This document shows, in pieces, positions 51,335 through 63,962 of a DNA stretch of 64,000 bases. The stretch's first letter is position 1. Each line of letters starts with the position of its first letter. Where the stretch lies: the NCBI RefSeq assembly GCF_006345805.1, contig NC_043019.1:32815657-32879656 (forward strand), given 5' to 3'. Source of the DNA: Octopus sinensis. Taxonomy: Eukaryota. The position numbers were made by a program, and so were the translations under genes. Under the pieces are notes generated by a model. It was not told where the DNA came from. It did not search any database and saw nothing but the letters and a program-made list of their open reading frames with translations.

Positions 51335-51534
51335 ACGACAGGCTTCTTTCAGTTTCCATCTACCAAATCCACTCACAAGGCTTTGGTCGGCCCGAGGCTA
51401 TAGTGGAAGAAACTTGCCCAAGGTGCCAAGCAGTGGGACTGAACCCGGAACCATGTGGTTAGTAAGCAAGCTACTCACCAAACAGCGACTCCTGCGCCTA
51501 TATATACATATATATATATATACTCTTTTACTTG

Positions 51535-53085
51535 CATACTACTTTGATTTCTCTCCAGTCTATATATGACTTCTTCATTCAGAGCTCATGTATCACTACC
51601 ATGGAGTATAGCTGTTTGCACACAACCATCATACAGTCTACCTTTCACTCTGAGAGAGAGAAAGAGAGAGAGAGAGAGTCCTTTTGTTGCCAACAGAGGC
51701 AGTAGCTCTCTGAACGTCCCCCACCCTATTCTTATTCTAGAAATGATACTTTCAGAGCATCTGCCACCATTGCTAATTTTGTCACCTCAGTAACAGAAGC
51801 TATCTACTACCTCAAGAGGAGTGGCTGTGTGGTAAGTAGCTTGCTTACCAACCACATGGTTCCGGGTTCAGTCCCACTGCGTGGCATCTTGGGCAAGTGT
51901 CTTCTGCTCTAGCCCCGGGCTGACCAATGCCTTGTGAGTGGATTTGGTAGACGGAAACTAAAAGAAACCTGTCGTATATATGTATGTATATATGTATGTG
52001 TGTATATGTTTGTGTGTCTGTGTTTGTCCCCCCTAGCATTGCTTGACAACCGATGCTGGTGTGTTTACGTCCCCGTCACTTAGCGGTTCGGCAGAAGAGA
52101 CCGATAAAATAAGTACTGGGCTTACAAAGTATAAGTCCTGGGGTCGATTTGCTCAACTAAAGGCAGTGCTCCAGCATGGCCGCAGTCAAATGACTGAAAC
52201 AAGTAAAAGAGAGAGAAAATGAGAGAGCTTCCTGGGCATTTGAGAGAATTTAAGTCCTGTGTACTCTTAGTGTTTATTGTTCTGGAACATCTGCCACAAA
52301 GAAAGATGACTTTATCTGTTAATCTACCTGTGATTCCACTGCACCTCTTATGTGTCCATAGTTGACACTAAGTGCAGTGAATGAAATTTCTTATAACTTC
52401 TTTCCTACATGTTGAGCAGGGCCATTTACCTGATGGATAGAGAGTTTTATCTTCTTTCTTACTAACAAAATGTTTAGTATTTGCTAGGTCAACAATAAGG
52501 CATTTTGATTCCAGGTTTTGTTTCCATACCTGGAATTTCTTCTCCAATTCTGAGATAAAAACAAGGTCATCAGCATATAGTAGTTCCCACTGGCATCCAG
52601 TTTTGAATTCCTCTGTTATGGCCTCGAGGACTATAATCAATAAGAGTGGGCTTAGAACTGAGCCTTGTACTTGTACACTAAATTCATCACTGTATTCATG
52701 GCTGACTCTCACCTTACTGACAGCACCACTGTACATGGCTTGCACAGCTCTAACAAGTCACTTCTCTATTCCTAACTTCCTTGGAGACCACCATATAACA
52801 GAGTGAGGAATTCTGTCGAAAGCTTTCTCCAGATCAACAAAGGCTGAGAACAATGGCTTACTTTTGGCCAAGTACTTTTCCTGCAGCTGTTGCACTAGGA
52901 AGATGGCATCTGTGGTACTCTTCCCAGGTACAAGACCAAACTGCATCTCATCGAGTTTAATTCTATTCCTAATCAGTTGAGCTATAACCTTCTCAGTAAT
53001 TTTCATGACTTGGTCTAGCAGTTTAATACCTCTGTAGTTATTTCTATCTAAGTCATCACCTTTATCCTTGTAGCAGCTAAAAGCA
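51535..53085 (-). mobile_element. Degraded RTE LINE RT region interrupted by a SINE (51815-52215)
   Basis: NYRGIKLL, QFGLVPGKSTTDAIF, FVDLEKAFDRIP, QGSVLSPLL, LLYADDLV. Confidence 0.9.
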
Positions 53086-53540
53086 TCATCATTTTTAATC
53101 ATCGTCATCATTTAATGTCTGTTTTCCATGCTGGCATCGTTGCTTGGATGGCTTGACAGGATTTGACAAAACCAAGAGGAGCACCTGGTTCCATAGTCCG
53201 TTTTTGGTTTGGTTTCTACAGCTGGGTGCCCTTTCCAATGCCAACCAATTTACAGAAAGTACCAGGTACTTTTTGCACGATGCTATCACTGGTGCTTTTT
53301 ATGTAGCCCCATCACCAATGCTTTTTATGTGGACCAACACCAGTGATTTTTACAGGGCCCAGCACCAGTGCTTTTTATGTGACACCAGCACCACTGCTTT
53401 TTATATGGCCCGATGGGCTTCTTCCATTTTCTGTCTCTGAAGTCCACTCACGAAGCTTTGGTTAACTTGGTGTTATAGTACAAGACACTTTAACCATTCC
53501 TAGCTGAAATAATATCTGATACACCAAAATGTTTACTTAC

Positions 53541-53669
53541 TTTGAATAGAGGTTTCCTTATCACATGAGCAACAAGAAAGTTTATACCAATATCTTCACA
53601 GTTAAAATTCTTCTCAACATAGTTGTAGATGGCTCGATGCATCATGTATGTATAAAGGTAAGTGTAATG
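53541..53669 (-). CDS. EXTL3-like GT64 exon HYTYLYTYMMHRAIYNYVEKNFNCEDIGINFLVAHVIRKPLFK
   Basis: aattag|...|gtaagt, 129 nt; NCEDI motif; similar to [43 protein letters not shown]. Confidence 0.92.
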
Positions 53670-53934
53670 CTAATTGATAAAACAAAGTCAATTAATATTT
53701 GTAGTAATAATATATCAAAAATGAAAAAAAATAATTAAATTTCGGATCTAAGTGGTTCCTGAGTTCAATCTTATAATGTGGCGTCTTGAACAAAAATGAT
53801 CTATAGCCTTGGGTTGGTTAACCCTTTAGCATTTAAACTGACCATTTGGATTGGATTTAATTGTCTATGTTCAGTCCGCTGCAGGATGAAGGCCTCTGCA
53901 CGCTCTCTGCACCAACCATGTCCTGAGGTGGAGG

Positions 53935-53965
<31 letters not shown>

Positions 53966-54016
53966 GTATGTATGTATGTATGTATAATAATAATAATAGT
54001 AATAATAATAATAATA

Positions 54017-54060
<44 letters not shown>

Positions 54061-54462
54061 AAGTGGGTGTAAACACATGAACAAAATAAGAATAAACAAA
54101 AACAAATTACACGAACGTATATAAATAGGAGATACAAATATTAGAGGCATCCTCCTCCCCCTCACACTAACTAAACATAGACGCACATAGAGATATACGC
54201 ATGCGCAAATGAAGACACATACAAAAGAAATACAAAATGGCTGACGGTTAGTAAGGAGAGACACACAAATAAGAAAGAAGAAAGCAAAGGACCATTGATG
54301 CGGTCACAGGAGTGTGACGAAAGAACTCTGGCCGAACTAAGATTAAGATTAATGCAAAAAATAAATAACGCTGAAGCAAAGTAATACCAAATATATAGTG
54401 CGTGTGTTTTTATTGGCTAAAGTGGCAAAATGACCATTCCTAAATACAACAATTTTCCTCAA

Positions 54463-54610
54463 TTTGTGAAAGAAACAGGCACTAGTTAACACAAGAGATA
54501 TTCCATCCACGAGATAGTCCGCCTTGTACAAGAATTTCTTTTCAGATTGACTCCAAGAATGGTATCGCCCTGGAAAGCCAACAAGTCGATCACGATTCTC
54601 TCTCCAAATC
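54463..54610 (-). CDS. EXTL3-like GT64 exon (R)IWRENRDRLVGFPGRYHSWSQSEKKFLYKADYLVDGISLVLTSACFFHK
   Basis: ttatag| acceptor, phase 2 matches the previous exon; similar to VWREARDRIVGFPGRYHAW...SMVLTGAAFFHK; expected donor reads TTGAGG. Confidence 0.88.
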
Positions 54611-55088
54611 CTATAATGACAATCCAAAGAAAAAAAAACAATATATTATTGACACACAAAGCTTGAAAATTTGGTGGAGTGAGTTTATGGATTATACTGA
54701 CTCCAGTACCCAACTGGTATTTATGTTATTAATCCTGAAAGAGATGAGAGGCGAAGTTGACTTTATGAACTCAGAATGCTAAGTATTTTGTCCAACGTGC
54801 TAATGAATCTGTCAGCTCATTGTTTTGCTCCAAAAGACAATATTTCTTTTTTCTATTGATACACAAAATCTGAAAATTTGGAGGAGGCTTTTAGGGTTTG
54901 AGTTGATTACACTGACCCCTATCAATCCTGAAAAGAATCAGAGGCATTTTGTCCGGCAAGCTAATGATTCTGCCAGCTAACCTCCTTAATCTAAAACACA
55001 ATATTAAGACCACAACATCAAAGGGAATGACAGCACAGTGGTGGAGATTATTAATGTTTGCCCTTCCCTCTTTTTACAAATACATACA

Positions 55089-55181
<93 letters not shown>

Positions 55182-55443
55182 ATATATATATAATTATAAC
55201 AATGAGGGTCTTTGCAACAAGTTGCTAGACCACATACCGAAAGTATTAGAAATACCAGTATTTCTAATAACAGAACTATTTCTATTACTAAATGATACCA
55301 TGGCTTTCAAATATAGAAAAATAAAACAAACACCAGGTTAAAATCATATATAAAAATATAAAGTACACAGGGCCTGCCCACAAAACTCACATAAAAGTTG
55401 ACTAAAATTCATCTAAATTTGTACGCAACTATGAAACTCTGTT

Positions 55444-55527
55444 CATCCTGATGAGGGGGGCATTGCCTAAGACACGTATAGCATGCATGGATGCAACAAC
55501 AATGAACTCCCGAAATGGCCATAGATG
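55444..55527 (+). ncRNA. Minimal hammerhead, canonical core, extended stem II
   Basis: CATC-CTGATGA-GGGGG gCATTG...CAATG aa CTCCC-GAAA-TGGCCA-TA/GATG. Confidence 0.78.
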
Positions 55528-55814
55528 TTGGATGTTGAATTACGTTTTGGAATGATTCATAGTTGGATATAATTTTCATTTTAAATACTTTCCTCTTTAA
55601 ATTTTTAGTTGATTTGCTTACTGTAATAATCTTTTTTTAGATAATTTTTAGTCAACTTTTATATGAATTTTTAAAAACTTTATTGTACTTATCTACTGAT
55701 TCTTTCTCTGGATTTGTATTGATCTATGACCATCGTTCCCTTAATGCAAATCATAAATGGCAACACACTGAGTGGATAAAACTGGGTGAGCTTATTCTCT
55801 GTAATGGAGCTAAT

Positions 55815-56275
55815 ATTTTCAACAACCACAACTCATTCTGGAAATTGGCTGACGGACGGGCCGGTCAAGTTGCTTGGAGTCTGGTTCGGTTCGGACCTGC
55901 AAACGAAGAAGAACTGGGACGAGATAACCAGTTGGTTGGCCACTCTCTCCAGGCAATGAGCAGAGAGGAAGCTGTCCCTAAAAGGTCGGGTGGAGGTGGC
56001 GAACGCGTACATCGCGCCCGTCAACTACTACCACCTGACCGTCGTGCCTTGTCCCGACCCTATCATCACCAAACTGGAACGCATCTTCTTCTGTTTCTTC
56101 TGGAAAGGAAGCGTTTGGATAGTCCGGCGATCCGTTTGCTACCAACACCTGCTGAAAGGTGCCCTGAGACTGCGACATCTCTGGCTCTACATAGACGATG
56201 GTGAACAGATGTGGTCACCGTTTGCTTGAAGCGCTTTCCCGCAGCTGGTCTCCATGACCGAGTTGCAGTTGTGAA
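55815..56275 (+). mobile_element. L1/Tx1-clade LINE fragment
   Basis: LKGRVEVANAYIAPVNYYHLTVVPCP...FFCFFWKG, typical post-RT region. Confidence 0.65.
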
Positions 56276-56533
56276 TTGAATTATCTATTTGAAAATATAG
56301 CCATGAAACGTGCGTAATGTTTTTACTACTGTTTACTATTTATTATACTTTATTGATTTAAAATAATTTTTTTTATAGTATATGTTTTCTATATGGTGTG
56401 AATAACATCTTTCTTTATTGAATTGTTTAATATTGGTTTTTCTCTAAATTATATACATATATTACATATTGTGAAATTTGATTTTAAATTGTTAAATTGA
56501 ATTTTTCCCTGTAAGTTTTGGAATTATATTCCC

Positions 56534-56594
<61 letters not shown>

Positions 56595-56595
<1 letters not shown>

Positions 56596-57052
56596 TATGT
56601 TTGACTTTTGCTTTATATTTGTACAAGTTGGCTCCAAGTCTCACCCAGAGACCTCAAGAGACAACAGGGTTGGAAGTTCATGTTGTTGTTATGCCTAGTG
56701 TGCCATATATTTGGGGGGGTGGGGGTGTTGTACTAATGAATGTCTAAAAAAAAAAGTTGTATTTTTTTGTTTTTTTTTAAACCGAAAATTATGTTTGTTT
56801 TAAACCTTGAGATTACATAGAGAGTATTTTGCGTAGGATATGAGCATTTCCCATGAGCACTATCTTTTGAACTTCTGCCATTTTTGGGTTTCCTGGTATC
56901 TGAGTTAGGTAGCTATCAGCCCCTTTTGCTATCATTCCCAGGGCACCTATGACAACAGGTATTGTTTTAGTCTTCAGCTTCCACATTTTGCTGATTTCTA
57001 TTTCAAGATCTTTATATTTGCTCAGTTTTTGGTAGGTCTTGACAGATACGTT
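56595..57052 (-). mobile_element. R4/Dong-like LINE 3' fragment within (TAA)n
   Basis: KLSKYKDLEIEISKMWKLKTKTIPVVIGALG...VQKIVLMGNAHILRK; TAA repeats on both sides. Confidence 0.8.
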
Positions 57053-57054
57053 TA

Positions 57055-57116
<62 letters not shown>

Positions 57117-57127
57117 TATTATTATTA

Positions 57128-57161
<34 letters not shown>

Positions 57162-57699
57162 TTTTCCTTTCTTCAATTTTCTTCCGTTTCTCGCCGAGTG
57201 TTTTCCATACACCTAGGGCAGAGAAGGGCATTGTATGCATACCCAGATTACACGCGCAAATTCACAGATAAAATATGTATTTAAAAATTAACAAATAAAT
57301 GAATTCATGGATGGATGTTATTTTCACAGCGATATGGCTCTTCTCAGTACATGAGCCGTTCCAGTTAATGCGATTTTTTGCACTTCCTGTAGGGATGGTG
57401 AGCCTGGAATCACTTTCAAATAGGTTTCAGTACTTTTTTTTTTATCATTCCTAGAGATTCTACAATCACTGCTACTGTAGTCCATCATCATCATCATCAT
57501 CATCATCACCATCACCACCACCACCACCACCACCCTCATCATCATCATTATCATCATCATCATTATTATTGTTGTTGTTGTTATATATATATTCTTTTAT
57601 TCTTTTATTTGTTTCAGTCATTTAACTGCGGCTATGCTGGAGCACCGCCTTCAGTCGAGTAAATCAGCTCCAGGACTTACTTATTCTTTGTAATCCTAG

Positions 57700-57985
57700 C
57701 ATCATTCATCATTGTTCGACCGTGGTCAAGACAATGGAATTTACCATGCTACGCCAGACTTCACGGTCCATCATGGCATTACGGAGGTCCTGTTGCTGGA
57801 TGCCTGTATCCCTGGAGATTACATCAGGGTAGGAGAGTGTGTGCCCTCTGGTATTGCGTGTAGATGGCTTCCAGAGGAGAAGAGTAGAAATTACCTCTTT
57901 TTCAGCTCTACAACAATGTCCAGCAAATTGGACTCTCTTACCTTTCACAAGAGATGACACAGGTGGTAGATTCCCATATATTTGC
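57700..57985 (-). mobile_element. RTE-like LINE 3' end
   Basis: RVQFAGHCCR...LWKP...RG...SYPD...AMMDREVWR. Confidence 0.7.
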
Positions 57986-58091
57986 ATAATCCTAGCACTT
58001 ATTCCATTGGTCACTTTTGCCGAACCACTAAGTTACGGAGACGTAAACACACCAACATCAGTTATCAAGCAATGTTGGAGGGACAAACACC

Positions 58092-58124
<33 letters not shown>

Positions 58125-59288
58125 ACGCACACGCACACACATATATATACATATACGATGGGCTTCTTCCAGTTTCCGTCTACCAAATCCACTTACAAGG
58201 CTTTGGTTGGCCCAAGGCTATAGCAGAAGACACATACCCAAGGTGTCACGAATAGGACTGAACCCAGAACTATGTGGTAGGTAACCAAGTTACTTACCAC
58301 ACAGCTACTCCTGTGCCTAGAAAAATAACGTCCCCTGGGTGGGTCTTCTTTCAGTTTCCGTCCACCAAATCTACCCACAAAGCTTTGGTTGGCCTGAAGC
58401 TATTGTAGAAGACATTTGCCCAAAGTATCATGTAATGGAACTGAACCTGGGACTACGGGGTTGGAAAGCAAACTTCTTAATATACAGCCATGTCTTATAT
58501 GAACATATATTCTTTTATTCTTTTAATCCTTTATTATTGTACTTGCTTCAGTTATCTGACTGTGCCCATGATGGAGCACCACATTTAGTTGAAGAAATCA
58601 ACCCCAGGATTTATTCTTTGTAAGCCTAGTACTTATTCTATTGGACCGTAGTCTGAGATGGACGTTTCGATTGCATGGGAGTATCTGATAGTAGAGTGGG
58701 GTGCAAAAGCATCAAAATCCTGCTCAGATGCTTTCTTCTGTCTGACAGATACCAACTAAATAACACGAATGTACCAATGTGAACTTGGACAGATTGCATC
58801 GATTCATCTTGATCGCACTTAGAGTATTTTGTAGGCCAGCGGATAAGGATAGTATAGGTTGACCATAATTTCACATGGTCGGCTACACAGTGCATGACCT
58901 TGCAGGTGGGGCCCAGTTAGAATTTTCTTCTGGTCGAGTAGCTCATCCCACTCAAAAGGTCCCTGAATAAGGGTTGTTTAAGGATGTCGAACGAACCACC
59001 CATGTTTCAAAAGGTGAATTATCCAAACCCCAAAGAATCCCTCTCAACACATGGCTATGATGCTCCCCCACTACCTCTGCTCATGATCAGAGATGCACAT
59101 ATCATCAGCCACTAAGGGACATGCTCAACTGGTTAAGGTCAAACAACTGACAAGCAAATCTGTGGTATTGAGCACAATATTTGCTGTAGCCCATCTTTTA
59201 TACCAAGACAAAACAATGTACATGATTACACTTCCAATCAGTTTAGATCAGAAGCCATGAGAGCCACTGCCTGGTACTGTATCAGGGC

Positions 59289-59337
<49 letters not shown>

Positions 59338-59372
59338 CATTATTATTGTTATTGCTATTGCTATTATTATTA

Positions 59373-59411
<39 letters not shown>

Positions 59412-60051
59412 TATTATTATTATTATTATTGTTGTTGTTGTTGCCATGAGGATGCATAGCCTAGTGATTAGAGCCTTGCACTCATGATCGTGAAATTGTG
59501 GTTTCAAATCCTAAACCGGGTGGTGTTTTGTGTTCTTGAGCAAAACACTCATAGGTTGTCTTCGACGGGAGAGTCCATCATTATTTTTATATGGGTGGCA
59601 AGCTGGCACAATTGTCGGCATGCTGGGGAAAATGCTTAGGAGCATTTCTTCCAGCTCTTTACGTTCTGAGTTCAAATTCTAACGAGGTTCACTTTGCCTT
59701 TTATCCTTCCAAGGTCGACAAAATGAGTACTAGTTGAGCACTAGGGTTGATGTACTTGATTTGTGCTCCCTCCACCAACCCCTCCCCCCAAATTACTGGC
59801 CTTGTGCTCCCTCCACCAACCACCCCCCAAATTACTGGCCTTGTGCCAAAATTTGAAACCATCATTATAATTATCTTGAATAACACTGTGTAATACAACT
59901 TTTGTTCTTGGGTAGCATTGATTTAGCCTTCAAGTGACGCCACCCCGCTGGCTAAGCGAGCAAGCCAACAAACACACACAATAAACACACACAACGCCCG
60001 GTCTGGGAATCGAAACCGCGATGCTCCGACCGTGAGTCCGCTGCCCTAACA

Positions 60052-60130
<79 letters not shown>

Positions 60131-60138
<8 letters not shown>

Positions 60139-60734
60139 TCAACTTGTGTGTCTGTGTGTGTATCTGTGTATGTGTCTGTGTGTTTAACTTCCCGGCACAT
60201 CTCCTCCTAGCCAACAAATCGTAGAACCACAAAAAATGGGTCACTTAAAGTTTAGGCGAATGAAAATTGAACTGTTGAACTGTTCCGAAATTCATCTCGC
60301 AAGTGCAAAAATCGATAATGTGTTTGTTTAGGCCTTATCCCATGCATTGAATAGTGAACTTTACTCAGTCAGCTGTTTGACGTGAACTGTGTTCACCACG
60401 CGTGCAAGCATGCGTAAATTGCATGAAAAATAAAAAAAATCAAGATATAAAAACGAATCGCCGGAAACATTGTAGAAATTCGGCAAAGAAATGAATTTTC
60501 GGGATGTAGCCTGGAGGGTTTTTTCTTATTAATCGTTTGGACTTTGTGAACACATACCAATTGTTTTCATTACATTTTTTAAGCTTTGAATTAAATGTGA
60601 CCATTGTGCGGTGAGTCTGCAGTTTGAATCACTTTAATCAAAATTTAGCTTGCCGGATTTTTGATCATCACGATACATCAGCGACTCCCTGAAACTCTAC
60701 CCTGAAATCCCCGTTGAGCCGGGCAATACTGCTA

Positions 60735-60736
<2 letters not shown>
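60131..60736 (+). mobile_element. Non-autonomous Helitron/Helentron-like element; related 5' fragment on - at ~17900-18215
   Basis: starts in (TA)n then aaaactcaacttgtgtgtctg; 3' hairpin CCCG-ttgagc-CGGG 8 nt before terminal CTAG. Confidence 0.6.
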
Positions 60737-60781
<45 letters not shown>

Positions 60782-61023
60782 AATGAGGGTGAAAAATTGA
60801 TATTAATTTAATAATACCATTAATTTAACACCGAGTGGCTTAGCACAAAAAACTATGGAGAAAATACAAATTTATACATAAATTATTAGAGAGTTAACCA
60901 CTATGTGGATAACTCTAGTGCTAAAAATAGCTCCGATAGTATAGCCACAGAAAAGATGTTTCCAACTAGAATTAACATACATTTAACGGAAGGAAAGTGA
61001 AATACAACGAATAAATAGATTGA

Positions 61024-61099
61024 CCCTGAACAAATTGTTTCATTACTAATGTAATATGTAGTTTTACTTACATACACATCTATAAATCTTCAGCAGAGG
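61024..61099 (-). ncRNA. Degenerate minimal hammerhead
   Basis: CCTCTG-CTGAAGA-ttta...gtaat-GAAA-CAATTTG-TT/CAGGG; weak stem II. Confidence 0.5.
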
Positions 61100-62200
61100 T
61101 TTGTCTTAAATGCAATTAATTAGATCGACCCGAGCGTCAAAAACACGAGCGGTTTAACGAATTGCATTTTTAGTTATGCCTCAAATTCCGCGCCAAAAGC
61201 ATGCATATATATATATAGCAGAAGTGACTCCAAGTTATCAGCATCACTCAGGCCCATCACAGATTTCGCATAAGACACATGAATTTCCTTGAAGAATTTC
61301 ATGCTTTTCTGCAATATTTCTAGCCCCAAAGGCTTATTTTTTATACCTAGCACCATGTCCTTCTCCATTTCTAAGTTAACTGTAAAAATAAAGCAACCCT
61401 GAAAAACATAACTGATCTTTACACACAGCTACACAGAATAACAACAATCAAATAATGACAGCAGAGTGCACAACAAACATCAGCGATATGACTGTCACCC
61501 GTATTCTTAACAAGAAATGCCAGTTAGTCTTTTGCACCTACCAGGCTCATTCGTATTATCCTGAGTTGCTGGATAATTTTTCCATTCCTTTAAGAATATT
61601 ATAGAACGGAACATTTTCGAAGATTGGAATTTAAATCCTAATGTCTAAAGTAAGTTATAGTTTCAAGAAAACATTGAAATTGAATTATTTATTATTATTA
61701 TCAACAGAGCTAATAGCCCTGATTTTTCTCACGTTTATGCTTATTGTAACAGCTATATTTTCTATTGCTGGGGGCGGTGAGCTGGCAGACACTTTAGCGC
61801 ACCGGGCGAAATGCTTAGCGGTATTTCGTCTGCCGTTACGTTCTGAGTTCAAATTCCGCCGAGGTCGCCTTTGCCTGTCATCCTTTCGGGGTCGATAAAT
61901 AAAGTTCCAGTTTCGCACTGGGGTCGATTTGATCGACTCAATCCCTTTGTCTGTCCTTGTTTGCCCCCTCTATGTTTAGCCCCTTGTGGACAATAAAGAA
62001 ATGTATATTTTCTATTGCATTGAACATCCTACTCCACTGTTATTTATGTCACTTCATTAATAGACATTATCCAGTTCCTATAGGGAGCCTTAGACACTTA
62101 TATATATATAAATACATATTGCACACACACACACACACACATTTAAATGAATAAAACATGTAGAAAAATGAAAAAGAAAACATGAAAAAGAAGCCATTAC

Positions 62201-62328
62201 CGGAAAGCTAGAAGAATGTTTTTCTGTGGTAGAGTGAAGTCATCATCTAGACTAAAAATTGCATCAGTTCTTATAATGTCGAATGGCAAAAATCGATTAT
62301 TTAGACTGTTCTTACCACATGCAACAAC
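62201..62328 (-). CDS. EXTL3-like GT64 glycosyltransferase exon [42 protein letters not shown](R)
   Basis: minus-strand aaacag|...|gtaatg; matches recalled EXTL3 [30 protein letters not shown] including the DXD motif; absent from the ORF track. Confidence 0.9.
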
Positions 62329-63554
62329 CTGTTTGAACAAAAAGATTTTAGGAAAGACAGAGTTTTAGAACAAGATTAAATATTAAAGCTTACTCTAAAA
62401 ATATTCCCAAAGTTCTCAGTGAGATGAAAGAAACCATCAAACATTGAAATTGGGTCTCTACCAGTCATATGACCTACTAAAAATCACTACAGTGAAATCT
62501 AATTCAGGCATCTAATTAGCCATCTTAGATAATGTGTTTTTACATTTCCACAAAAGGATGGAGTGATGGTCGCAGCTGGTATGTTCTCCTGCTTAATAAC
62601 CGTGGCAAAACAATAATGAAAATTTCGTGAATAATTGATTAACGAAAATGTTGCCCACATCACACTTAGTAGGGACGTGTGGCTTTGTGGTTAGGGTGTT
62701 GGATCGATGACTGCATGATTGTGGTTTCGATTCCTGAACTGGGCAATGTGTTTCGTTCTTGAGGAAAACACATCACTTTACATTGTTCCAGTCCATTCAG
62801 TTTGTAAAAATAAGCAATCCTGAAATGGAATGGTGTTCCATCCAGTGGGTAATATATCAAGTAATCACATGACCAACTAGACTATGAGACGTTGCTACAC
62901 ATCGCTGGTTACAATGCACTTTACATCATTTTCGCCTTCGAATGATGCCACCCTGTTGGCTAGGAGAGCAGTGCAATGTTCCTCCCCGGTTCTGATTGAA
63001 AGGGGGACTGAAGCAATGTGAAATGAAGTCTTTTGCCCAAGAATACAGTGTTCCACCTGGTCTAGGAATTGAACTCGCGATCTAGCAGTCAAGACTGCAA
63101 TAACCTAACCACTTGACCGCATGGTCCCAGAAGGTAATATATACTCCACAGGATCTGTGGAACTGGTTTTGTGACCGTATGTAACTCAGGAAGAAGCTTT
63201 ATACTTTATTCATCACTCTCGGTGTTGTTGTTGTTGTTGTTGTTCAAAGGTGAACCTGAATTGAGCAGACTTATAATTGAGGACATTCCAACTTTGGCAA
63301 TCCTGTCTATTTCCTTTTTCTAGATATATAGTTTCAGGCATATATAGTTTCTTATGTGGTTAAGAAGAACGCTCGTGACCATGTTGTTTTCAGGTTCAAT
63401 CCCAATGTGCTGTACCTTAGGCAAATCTATTACGAACCCCAGGCCGACCAATATCTTGTGAGTGAATTTGGTAGAAGGAAACGGCATGGAAACCTGTCAC
63501 ACATACACACATACATATATATATACACACACATATATATATACAATATATATA

Positions 63555-63598
<44 letters not shown>

Positions 63599-63715
63599 AT
63601 AAATTCAGGGTGAATACTTGATAAATGTAAGCACCTGTATATGCCAGCTAGTAGCATAGGTGAGAGGATATATGTATCAAATGAAATAAAATGAAAAACA
63701 GGACACAAAAGATGT

Positions 63716-63810
63716 TGCGATACATATGTTTCGAGCTTTATAGAACAACTTATTCTTACATCAATGCATAATCGACATAACAGATAGTTCAAAAGCCCTC
63801 TTCAGCCGCA
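63716..63810 (-). ncRNA. Minimal hammerhead, canonical core, large stem II loop
   Basis: TGCGG-CTGAAGA-GGGCTTT...AAAGCTC-GAAA-CATATG-TA/TCGCA. Confidence 0.75.
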
Positions 63811-63902
63811 TGCAATTGCTACACCAAAGACTTGTATCACATTATGAAAGGTTTGAGAAAAAACATTTGATATTGTTTATAATGGTAGGTAAACCATATA
63901 TA

Positions 63903-63962
<60 letters not shown>

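Noticed and set aside
62394-62660. Possible further GT64 gene exons (GHMTGRDP...NIFR with AGA|GTAAGC; an IPAATI-containing frame)
   Set aside because: Would need a 65-nt intron, phases do not join, and similarity to the expected FTVVMLTY exon is poor; that exon is probably beyond the window
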